From assembly GCF_018350175.1 (NCBI RefSeq), contig NC_058369.1, positions 7,442,001 through 7,506,000 of the forward strand: a DNA stretch of 64,000 nt, written 5' to 3'. Of this stretch, positions 1 through 11,462 are shown piece after piece (the first letter of the stretch is position 1; every line of letters begins with the position of its first letter). Origin of the DNA: Felis catus. Lineage: Eukaryota. The notes beneath the pieces are model-generated. The model saw nothing but the letters and a program-made list of their open reading frames with translations. It made no database searches and was not told where the DNA came from. A program made the position numbers and the translations under genes.

Positions 1-778
1 CCGGCCCTCTGGAGGAGGGCGTCCCTGGACTGGACCGTGGGTAAAAGGCTGTCTTGGGAGCAGAGGGGATCCCTGTGGCACATCAGGTGGACGCACCTGC
101 CCGGTGGCCTGCGGGTGTGGCCCCCTGGTTTCCATCACCTCACAGCTGCCCCTGTGCCAGGGCCTAGGCTGGGGGCCCAGTTCATTCAGGGGGTTTGTGG
201 GTTTCACCCACTCTGCCCCCTCAGTTAATGGGAACCAGTCCGGATCGGGGGGTGGGGGATGGCAGGCTAGCAGGGCTCGGGGACCTGAGCAAAATAAAGG
301 CCTGCCCAGCCCTACTGACCCCAAGGGAGGCCCCCGAGACTGTGTCTCATAAACAGTCACCTGGGCCAACTCCCATCTGGCTGGTTTCTGGAGCGATCGC
401 TCTCTGCTCACTGCCTGCCAGAGTGTCATTAGGAAGGTTTAATGGGTTTCCTCGGCTCTGGCAGGCTGTGGGGGGAGCCGGCGGGCTGGCTGCACCTCCA
501 AGCAGAATCTTAACATCGCCTGCGGGGGCCACGAGGCAGGCAGCAGCCCGTCCCTCGTTTGCACCAACAATTTTGTGGGGTCCCGGAGGGCTCACCCACC
601 CCCACCCCCACCCCACTGAGACAGCAGAGCCTCTGGGAAGGGGCAGGAAAGAGGGCGGGGCAGGGGGGAGGGTGTGGAGAGGGGGTGGGTTGAGACACCG
701 CTGGGGAGTGTGATGTGTTTTCCTGGGTGGGGTTGGCAGGGAAATGGTCTTTGTGGCATTCTCTGTTACTTTGGGCGC

Positions 779-801
779 GTGTGTGTGTGTGTGTGTGTGT
801 G
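779..801. repeat. (GT)n microsatellite
   Basis: Seen directly. Confidence 0.95.
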
Positions 802-2660
802 GCCATGTGACTCTAGTTATCCCTAGGTGTGTGTCCTGGGTGACACTGGGAGTCCCCCCAACTGGATGTGACCACTCCCCTCCGTGGACCTCCTCCTCCC
901 TTTGTCCAAACAAAAGAATATGGCTGTTAAGTAAACGTGCCCGGAGTCGGCTCAGTGTCAGGCTGTGGCTCCCCTCACCTGCTGCACATTCCCACCCGCT
1001 GCCTCCTGCCTGCAGGTGGGGCTGTAAATCCCAGGCCTTCTGGGAACGACGAAGGTGCATTCGTCCCTCCTGGCCCTTTAGTTGGGCATTTCCCCGCCCC
1101 AAATGCCCTGGGGACGGGGGTGGTTTCCACTCTCCTGCCACAGGCACCAGCTCCTGCTTCTGTGGCCATGTGGCAGGGCCGGAGTAGGTCACCTCAACTC
1201 AGGGTGACGCGGGCACTGCCACGAGATGGGCTACGAAGCTTCTCCAGGGTGGCCAGGCACACGTCCGGAGGGGGAAAGCCAGAGTTGGCAGCAGGCAGCC
1301 TAAGGCACACAGATCCTGGCCTGGTCTGGGGAGGAGGGGTATTCCTCTCCTGCCCTACCTTGGTTGGCACAAAAGCTACAAACAAGCGGCAGGAGTGCTG
1401 GGGCCTGCCTCTGTGTGTGACAGGGGGAGAGGGCGCCAGGCGCTCTGGGCATCACTCGGAGGACAGGCGTACCGACGGGACAGACACCCACGGCCCGCCC
1501 GGTATTCTGTGCCCGGTTCCAGGTTTGTGTGTGTTTGGGACAGAGACTCAGCAGCCCTCAATCCCAACCTTACTTTGGGAGTTGGAGAGACCAATGAACT
1601 TCTGCCCGCCCCCACTGTGAGCTATCTGAGGGATTTGCCTCCAAATCAATGTATGGGGGCGGGGGCTCAGGGGACCTAAGTGTCCCAGCCCTGTGTTTTT
1701 TTTTGTGATTTTTTTGTTTTTTTTTTTTTTAAGCAGGTACAAAGCGCCTCTCCGTGGGCTTATCTGGGAATCAGTTCTTTTTCAATGTCAAACTTGTCAA
1801 TTTAAATGGAAATTAATTGCTTTTCTTGAAGATTTCTTTAAAAATTGGTTTTAAATGAGTGCATTAGGCAGTCCCATTTATTATTCATTGGTTTCATTCG
1901 CAGCATGGCCCTGTGTCCCGAGTTCCCGGAGATGGCAGCATGGAGCGGAGATGATTTAATCAGAGGTCATTAATTAGAGATGGGGGTGGGGGGTAGCTCC
2001 CAGAAGAGCGGTTTCGCCTCCTCCGTGGTCCCGGTGGGCTGGGATCTAGGCCTGTGGGGGCTCTTTGCGTAATATTCCTCCCTGGCTTCAGTGGGGGCCG
2101 TGTGGTGGGGCGAACGTGGGGTGGTGGTCAGCACGACCTTTGTTCCCAATCACCCGCCCCAGAGGTGACTCTACCCTCTCCTGCAGTCTGTCTCACCTCG
2201 GCCACCAGGGATCTGGCTAAAATAAAGCCCTCATCTGTTCTTTCCCTTCTGTGCACGCCACCCCCCAACACCTCCCCCGGCGCCCCCACCCTTAGTCACA
2301 TTACCAAGGCTCCTAAGGAATGGGCCTCTGCTTCTCCGACCTCTTCAACTCCCTCTCATGAACCTTCCTGCCTCCCGTACTTCCTAGCTTTTCCCATCCT
2401 TCCCTCCAGGAGCTCTAGGCCCATCGATACCCCAGCCCCCACCAGGTAAATGGGCTCCAGGTGTAGGGTGTGGGTGTGTCGGCTGAAGGTACCCAGTGCG
2501 CCTTCAGGCTGTTTCTTTTTTTCAGTGAACTAGGAACAGGTGCAACTCATGTAAAATGATTTTGAAATCACAAAGCAAAAAGAGAAAAGGAAAAATACTA
2601 TTGTGTCCCACTCTCTCATACCCAAATTCTTAAAAGCAGCCAAATTGTTAAAAAAAAAAA

Positions 2661-2673
2661 TCTCTCTCCCTCT

Positions 2674-2734
<61 letters not shown>

Positions 2735-2735
2735 A
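2661..2735. repeat. Compound (CT)n(CA)n microsatellite
   Basis: Seen directly. Confidence 0.95.
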
Positions 2736-3104
2736 TTTAAAAAGTTGCCAGATGGCTCAGTGATGCAAAACCAGTGATGGAGAATATTCATCCGAGGCCT
2801 GTTTTCATCTTTGTGATAGAATTCTCGGTTGTTTGAATCAAATTGCTTTGAAACAAATTGTTTTCGAACAAAGCAACTTTGGATGGGGGTCTCTTCGCCC
2901 GTCTTCCCAAAGGGCTCGCCCAGCCGTGCCCCCCTTCTGCCGCACCCCGAGGCTGGGCTTGGGACAGACAGCTTGTGGCATGGGACACAGGGGGGCCCAG
3001 CTGGGATGGGTCTCCAGGCTGGGGCTGAGCCTCCCTCCACCTGGCCTCCTCTGCCCCGTCTGGACACAACAGAGCAACGAAAGCATCAAATGTCAAAGGT
3101 CCCG

Positions 3105-3110
3105 TTTATT
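3105..3110 (-). terminator. OLFM2: OLFM2 polyadenylation signal AATAAA (3'UTR ~3085-3556)
   Basis: TTTATT on + strand about 450 nt past the stop, followed on the sense strand by a GT/T-rich downstream element (TTTCGTTGCTCTGTTGTGT). Confidence 0.85.
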
Positions 3111-3556
3111 CCAGCAACCCGGGAAGAACGAGTGTAAATAAAAAAAGAAACCGATCCATGCACTCAACTCTTAGTGGGGGGCAGGGAGGCGGGGCATGGA
3201 GTGAGGGAGTGGGGAAGGAGTGGGAAACAAGGAGGGAGGGGAAGAAGGAAGAGAGAGACAGAGAGGCAGACAGGGAAAGAACTGGAGAGTCAGATCAATG
3301 AAAAGAGACGGACACTAATAAAAAGGCAGAAAGAGTGAAGGATCAAAATTCGAGACCAACAAAGGAGAAAAGACACAGACAGGATGCACTAAGAGAAACG
3401 GGGAGGCAGAGAAGGAAAGCCCGGCCAAACGGGAGGGAGAGGAAAAAAACGTACGGGACAGGGGAGAGCGAGGGCAGGACGGAGACAAAGAGTAAGGGAC
3501 ACGGGTGGGGTAGAAGGGCCCCGGCCCTCGTGTGGCAGCCTGAGCCGCCGCGGCCC

Positions 3557-4234
<678 letters not shown>

Positions 4235-5212
4235 CTACGAGAGAGCCGCTGGTCGCTGCGGGACCACCGCCAGGGACCCGAAGGCCCCAGCAACCACACG
4301 GGAACCACCCACGGTCATTAGGGATCAGCAGTCGCTGAGTGGCCATCAGTCAGCCGTGGGATGTCCGGTGACCCTTCATGACCCCTCAGAGCCCCAGTAG
4401 CAGGATCGTTCGGTCGGGACCCGCCACCGGTCTTAAGACAGACACCGAGTGGATGGTGTTTGCTACCTAAGGATCAGGGGAAGTTGCAGCCCCTGGTGAC
4501 TCTCGGGGCCCAGGAATTCACCGGTCATCGGAGACGGGACGGTGAGCGGTTACCGGACAGCCCTCGGGTGATGAGGTCAGTTGCGCTCACTGCCGGTGGG
4601 CAACCCCTGTAGCCACGAGATGGCCCTCCCTGGGGCAGACTGCTGGGCTAATAAGCACTTTAAAACCCTTAATGCCAACGGCATCACGACCATTTTGAAG
4701 ATAAGGAAATCGAGGCTCAGAGACCTTAAGGAACCTGCCCAAGGCTCTCTAAGAATTAGTGGCAGCGGGATGCACATCCAAGTGTGATTCCCCATCCCAA
4801 CCTCCTAACCCCTCGGTTGGACCTCCATAATCCCTGGGAGGCCAGTGATCATCGTGAGGCACTGGCTGTTCACCACCTCTCATCCGGGACACTCAGTGGC
4901 CACCTCGTGACCGGTATCAGTCACTAGGGCAGTTAATGGATGGTTCCGGTTAATGGGTCAGAGGTGATAGGCAGTCGTGACCATGGGGGCCACCAGAAGT
5001 CCAAAGGTCAACAGACTTGGCGATTTTCAGGGCTGGAAGGCCCTTGGTCACCTGATGGTTACGAGACAGTCAAGGGGAGGGTCAAGGGCCCCGGAGATCT
5101 TACGACACTTGAGGCTACAAGAGAAGAATTGGTGTGGAATTGCTGGGCACCTGTGGGTGGTCACAGGCTGTCTCCGCAGGCTCTGACCCCTGGGGTGGGC
5201 ACAGTCACTCAC

Positions 5213-5319
5213 CCGGCTGTCCGCACTGGGGGCCATCGTGTCGGTCATCCAGGAGCCGAAGCGGGATCCCATGGCCCGAACGGTGATAGGGTTACTGACC
5301 CCAGTCAGCTTCCCACAGC
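5213..5319 (-). CDS. OLFM2: OLFM2 exon 5 (GCGKLTGVSNPITVRAMGSRFGSWMTDTMAPSADSR), start of olfactomedin domain
   Basis: CAG acceptor, CGG|GTGAGT donor, 107 nt, phase 1/0 restores the frame; contains the GSWMTD olfactomedin motif. Confidence 0.97.
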
Positions 5320-5651
5320 CTGGGAGGCAGGAACAGGGCCGATGAGGGTGGAGAATGGGAAGAGGCAGGGCAAGGACAGTGCGGTTCGATCAAACCGGGA
5401 AGAGCTGGGACCAGGCCTGAGGGAGGATCCAGAAATCTGGTCCCAAGATGGAGTCAGGTTGAGGGTTAGAGACTGGAAGTCAAGAGTCAGGGCCATTTCC
5501 AGTTTCTGGGTCTATTTTGGGCCTTGGGTAGGGAAGTCAAAGGTCAAAGTTCAGAAGTTGGAGGTCAAAACCGTGTCCAGCTTCTGGGCACACGGGTGGC
5601 ATTAGGGTTGGGCGTGCAAGTCAGGGGTCAAAGTCAAGGGTCAAGGCATAC

Positions 5652-5871
5652 CCAGCTTCTGGGCGCAGGCATGGAGCCTGGCCTCCAGGGCCATCACCCG
5701 CCGCTGCAAGTCCTCGTAGCCATAGGCACCCATCTCCTCCTGGATGGCAGCAAGGCTGCTGGAGAGATTCCGCACTTCCTCCCGCAGGCGCACGATGGTC
5801 CGCGTGTCCGCCTTGTACTGCTCCAGGACTGAGCTCAGGGGCAGCAGCTCCGACATCCTGTCCTTCAGTTC
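5652..5871 (-). CDS. OLFM2: OLFM2 exon 4 (ELKDRMSELLPL...HACAQKL), coiled coil
   Basis: CAG acceptor, G|GTATGC donor, 220 nt, phase 0/1; overlaps ORF 5641..5856. Confidence 0.97.
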
Positions 5872-5959
5872 CTGCCCGCCAACACGGAACCCTCACTGAT
5901 CCTAGCCCCTGACCTTTGACCCAGACCTGACCCCAACCTTTGACCCATAGCTTCACGCC

Positions 5960-5980
5960 TTATTTATTTATTTATTTATT

Positions 5981-6024
<44 letters not shown>

Positions 6025-6187
6025 CACATGCATGAGCAGGGGAGCGACAGAGAGGAAAAGAGAGAGAATCCCAAGAAGGCTCCGTGCCATCAGCACAGAG
6101 CCCGATGCGGGGCTCGAACTCACAAAACGAGATCATGTCCTGAGCCGAGAGTCGGACACTTAAACGACTGAGCCACCCAGGCACCCC
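5960..6187 (-). mobile_element. Can-SINE (tRNA-derived carnivore SINE) in intron 3
   Basis: Reverse-complement GGGGTGCCTGGGTGGCTCAG head, (CT)n body and A-rich tail. Confidence 0.93.
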
Positions 6188-6352
6188 CTCACCCCTTATC
6201 TTTGATGCATCCCTGGCTCTTGACGTTTGGTCCCTACTAGACCCTAGATCCCAGCCTACCCTTGGTCCTCCTCAGACATGACTACTCTCAGAAGTAATGG
6301 GCGCTGATCCCAATTCTTTCCTTGGCTCCTGACCTGACCCAGAAGGACCCAC

Positions 6353-6499
6353 CTGGAAGCTCTTGGCCGAGAGGGACCCATCGGCTGCCCGGAGTCGTGC
6401 GTCCAGGCTTCGCATGAGGGTCTCCATGCTGCGCACGTACTGGAGGTCACGGTACGTCCGCAGCTCAAGGACCTCCATGGACTGGGAGACGTTCTGGAC
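6353..6499 (-). CDS. OLFM2: OLFM2 exon 3 (VQNVSQSMEVLELRTYRDLQY...SAKSFQ), coiled coil
   Basis: TAG acceptor, CAG|GTGGGT donor, 147 nt; overlaps ORF 6272..6478. Confidence 0.97.
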
Positions 6500-7720
6500 C
6501 TAGGAGCTTGGGAGGGTTAGGGAGAGCCAGACTCCTGTCCTCCCAGCCCCCCTGAGATGCCACAGACCGGGCCTGACGGAGCCAGAGGCCAAACACCCAG
6601 GCAACGGCCTCCCCTGCTCTTACCGGCAACCTCCCAATGACACGCCCAGGCGATCCGTCAGCTCCCACCTCTCTCCCCTGCCTCCCTGCCTCCCCATCTC
6701 CCTGCTTGCACTGTGGCCCCCAGCAGTCAGTTCTTCACCCGGCAGCCAGAGGGAGCTTTGCGAAAGGAACACGGGATCACCCTCCCCTGCGGGCCCTGCG
6801 GGCTGGTCCCCCCTCCTCACCTGCCTCCTCTTCATGTCCTCCCACTGCGGCCACCAGCCCCCTTTCCTCTCACAGACTCGAAGCTCCAGCCCTCTGCCTC
6901 CTTCAGGTGGGGTCCTCACAGGCAGGCCCCGCGTCTAGCTTGTCCACAGCTAAATCAGCGGGGCCCGGCGCTGGCCTAAACTAGACGCTCAGCAAGTACT
7001 TTCCAGCTTCCCTTGCCCCAGCCTCTCCTAACCCAGAATGAGGACCCCCAGCTCCCACTTCTCCCTGCCTAAGGTGAACTCAGAGACGATCCTGGCTGCT
7101 TGTCACAACACACAGACTCTCCTGAACCCCTTGTTCACATGACACTTGGAAGGTCTCAGAAACCTAACAGCCTGACGCCCACCCCGACGCCACAGAACGT
7201 TTTTAGAGCCATCGTCAACAATCAGGGGATGCCACACGGATGTCCCAAACTGGCGGGGAGGGCAGTTCCAGTGTCGCGGGCAGGGCCAGGATCCTGCAGG
7301 GTTAGTGGCCGGGAGACTCCAGTGCTGACCAGGGTCTCTTCCGTTCTCTACGAAACCCTCAGCTTCCTCGTCTATAGGGTGATGACGAGAGGTAGCTGGT
7401 CCCTTTCAACACTGACATCGGAGCTGACTAGTGAGCAGTTCAGCTGGATACTATCAAGGGACAGCAGTCAGTCCCTAAAGGGCATCAGAGCGTCCTGGGG
7501 GCGGGGGAGGTTGAATGGGGACTGTTTTATATCAGCCCCAATCACAAGGGGATAGAATCTTACATAAACCTCTTGGGGTTGGAGGGTGAGACCCCTCCCC
7601 AAGGGACACACAAGACACTTTTTTAGCAGGCGAGTCTGGTGACTCGGATGCTGCCTCCCCACGCAACGCTCAGCTTCGCCTCCAAAGAAGAAAATATCCA
7701 CCTGGAGGGCAGCCGGGTTA

Positions 7721-8179
<459 letters not shown>

Positions 8180-8515
8180 TCAGGAACGCGGCAAGGAGTT
8201 GTGGGATTCGAGCCCTTCCACAAGACAGGAATTCATCCTCGCACACGTGTTCGCATACACACAGCACTGCCTCCATAACCGTCAGTGGGACGCAGACCCA
8301 CTTGTACTGATCCCCAAACCTGGAGCTCCCTCTCTGCTTTCCCAGCCCACTGTGACACACGGACTCTGGGTATACTGTTGTCATCCCCACCCTCCACCCC
8401 TGCTCCTGAGAAGCCCAGATAAGGTAATGGCGAGAGGGCGACAGAATCCTCACAGAGACTTCCGAGCCCTTGAATAGAAGGCATCACTTCAGACTCCTAA
8501 ATTAAACTTCAGGTT

Positions 8516-8770
8516 GGGGCGCCTGGGTGGCTCAGTCGGCTAAGCGTCTGACTTCAAGTTCAGGTCATGATCTCGCAGTTTCTGAGTTCAAGCCCCACGT
8601 CGGGCTCTGTGCTGACAGCTCAGAGCCTGCAGCCTGCTTCGGATTTGGTGTTCCCTCTCTCTCTTGCCCCTCCCCCACTCCTGCTCTGTCTCTCTCTCTC
8701 TCTCTCTCTGTCTCTCAAAAACAAAATAAAAAAAGTTCAAAAAATTTTTTTTTAAACGGAAAAAAAAAAT
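8516..8770 (+). mobile_element. Can-SINE
   Basis: GGGGCGCCTGGGTGGCTCAGTC head, (CT)n, poly(A); flanked by AAA(C/T)TTCAGGT duplication. Confidence 0.93.
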
Positions 8771-8819
8771 AAATTTCAGGTCAATTTATGATGCTCATAT
8801 AATTCAGGGATCAGGCACG

Positions 8820-9000
8820 GCTGCGTTTCCTGAGCCATGCTCCTTCAGAACACTAGCAATCTTTCCAGGCGTGCTCAGTTATCAAATAAATTTGTGTGTT
8901 GCTCCGTGAAACGTGTTCCTTTGATGCAGGACTTATCAGAGCCTTTGAAATGCTAATGTGCTTCAGGGAACTACAAAATTTTCTACACTTATTAGAAAAT
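8820..9000. mobile_element. MER103-like hAT-Charlie DNA transposon remnant
   Basis: TGCAGGACTTATCAGAGCCTTTGAAATGCTAATGTGC resembles the recalled MER103 consensus. Confidence 0.55.
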
Positions 9001-9469
9001 ACCTAGTGAGTGCCTATTTTAGGCCTGGCATAGGGTCTGGGATAGGGCTAGGAAAAGAGGGGTAAAGAAAACATATCTGGTCCGTTGTCCATGGATGGAG
9101 GAAACAGACATCAAACATGAAAATCCACGGATACTTCTGGAACCACTCACTGCAGTCAATGCTCCAAAGAAAGTGCAGGAAGTAACGGGGGTCTTCGTCA
9201 GGCTGGGATTTCAGAGGAGGTACCTCAGAGAAGGGACATTCAGAGTGAGCCAGGGGAAAACGAAAGGACAGGGGACACTTTTGACACCACAAATTCAAAT
9301 CAATATCTGGACGTGTTTGAGCAACAGGGTTCGAAAAGAAGTGAGTGATCACAGGATGGAACATGGTGGCCCCCAGATCAGGCCCCCTGGAGTTTCACCA
9401 GAACATACCAGACTTAGTCACAAGCCCCAATCTTTTTGTTTTCATCAGGGAAGTACGGTCTCCTTTGTT

Positions 9470-9995
9470 CGACCAAACACTTGTTAAGCTCCTACTGTGT
9501 GTCAGGCTCCATTCTGGATACTGAAAACACAGCAGTAAACAAAATGCCCAAACACAAAAGCTCTTCTAGGAGCTTACATTAGACAAAGACAGAAATAGGC
9601 AAGTAAATGCCAAATATTTAAAGGGTGATGAGTGCCATACAGGGAATCTGCAACGTCAGGGTGGCTCCAACAACGTGTCATTTGAGTCAAGACCTGAAGC
9701 CGGTGAGGGACGAGCCATGCAGATATCTCAGGAAGGAGGTCCCAGGCAGAGATAAGAACAAGTGCAAAGGCCCTGAGGCACGGCCACGCCTGGTAGGTTC
9801 GGGGCACACGGAAAAGGCTGGCGTGGCTGAAGCAGAGTGCGAAAGGTGGTGAGTAGGGGGGTGAGAGCAGGGAGGGGGCAGGACCGCATCTTCAGGACCT
9901 GTGGGTTGGCGGGGAAGACTTTGGTTTTTCCTCTGAGTGAGGTGGGAGCCACAGAGGGTTCTGAACGAGAAGGGATGTCACCTGACTCAGGTGTT
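9470..9995 (-). mobile_element. L2 LINE 3' fragment (one of many L2/MIR relics in intron 1)
   Basis: CAAACACTTGTTAAGCTCCTACTGTGTGTCAGG...AAGTGCAAAGGCCCTGAGG is the typical antisense L2 3' end. Confidence 0.7.
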
Positions 9996-10554
9996 CACAG
10001 ACACAGGTGGTTGGGGGGGGGCGGTTGCTGGGGACAGACGGGGGGGCCAGGGCCGAAGACCAGGGCAAATGAGACTGCATCGGTCCCGGCGAACAAGGAC
10101 GGGTGGTAGCCGGAGAGGTGGGAAATGAAAGACTGTGGTCCTATCCAGGATGCGTTCCTACATACCCGGAAAAAGTCCTCATAAAACCCCAGTGTTTTAC
10201 AGAGAAACAAAGCCTCACAATAATTGTTCATTTGGACAGCGGTTAACTGATCGCCCCACAGAAGCTGTTCCCACGAGCCGTAGCAGAGATAAGCCAGACC
10301 GTGAGTTACGAGCAATCTTGGAGACACCAGCTAATAGCCCACCTTTTTCTCTCCCACTCAGTGAAGTCTTTTTTGTTTTTAAAGCTTATTGTAAAGTGAG
10401 CGACTGATGTAATTGTACAGATGAGCCTGACTCCCCCACTAATTTATAAGAAAAGTAAGCCATTCATAAACGCCATCTGAAATGATTGTAATTAGATATT
10501 CTTTGTGCCTTATTTATGTACACGCTTTTTGAGGTTGGGGGGGGTCCCCCTTTT

Positions 10555-10782
10555 TGAATGTTTATTTAGTTTTAAATTTTTTAAATGTTAATTTATTTTT
10601 TAAGAGAGAGACAGAGAGCAGGCAGGGGAGGGGCAGAGAGAGAGGGAGACACAGAATCTGAAGCGGACTCCAGGCTCCAAGCTGTTGGCACAGAGCCCGA
10701 CGCAGGGCTCGAACCCACGAACCACAAGATCGTGACCTGAGCCAAAGTCAGATGCTTAAGCGACTGGGCCACCCAGGCGCCC
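10555..10782 (-). mobile_element. Can-SINE
   Basis: Reverse-complement head ends CCACCCAGGCGCCCC; T-rich tail. Confidence 0.92.
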
Positions 10783-11413
10783 CTGGGGGGAACTCCCCTT
10801 TTTAACAGTCCACGCCTCCCCCATGGAGCAGTGAAGTCACCCAGCCTTCCTTGCATGCAGGTATGATTGCGGGGGGGGGGGGGGCGGGAAGCCAACACTC
10901 AAGCCTCCCAGGCCTTAACTACAGAAACACCAGAATCCCCCACTGCAAAGGCTTCCTCTGTATGTAAGTCCCAGCCTGCTCTGCCTTTGCACTGGGCACG
11001 CAGCAGAAGCCCCTCCCACCCAGCAGTCCCCAACGAGGCCACACATAGGAGCCAGTGATAGAGACCAGTAGCCCTCTGGCCTGTCCCGTAGGAGAGCTCT
11101 GAGATGCATGCCGCAGACAGCTTTCCAGGGCTGTGTCCCCGGTGCCCACGGGGACACCCTGTTCCTTAGCTCACCCTGCACGGGAGTCCTTCACTTCCCG
11201 GCTCACTTCTCCTACTGGTTCCTCCCGGTATCACCCCCCAGGTGGATACTTAACGCTCAACTCCTCCCCACCAGCTCTGCTTCTGCAGGGAGCCTGACCT
11301 AGGACCGGAAGGGCGATCCAAGAACACCTTGTCCCTTGGTTCCAGGAGAATGTGAAACTAGCCTTGTCTCCTTTCATGACAAGTCTAGTTCTTTACAATG
11401 AAACAAGAAAAGA

Positions 11414-11462
11414 AAGGAAGGAAGGAAGGAAGGAAGGAAGGAAGGAAGGAAGGAAGGAAGGA
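11414..11462. repeat. (GGAA)n tetranucleotide microsatellite
   Basis: About 11 perfect units seen directly. Confidence 0.95.

Noticed and set aside
1..2500. PIN1 or another gene at the left end (ORFs of 170-280 aa)
   Set aside because: No WW or rotamase coding sequence or other recognisable protein; the ORFs cross microsatellites and look random.
8516..8600. tRNA-like A/B boxes in SINE heads
   Set aside because: These are the tRNA-derived heads of Can-SINEs, not tRNA genes.
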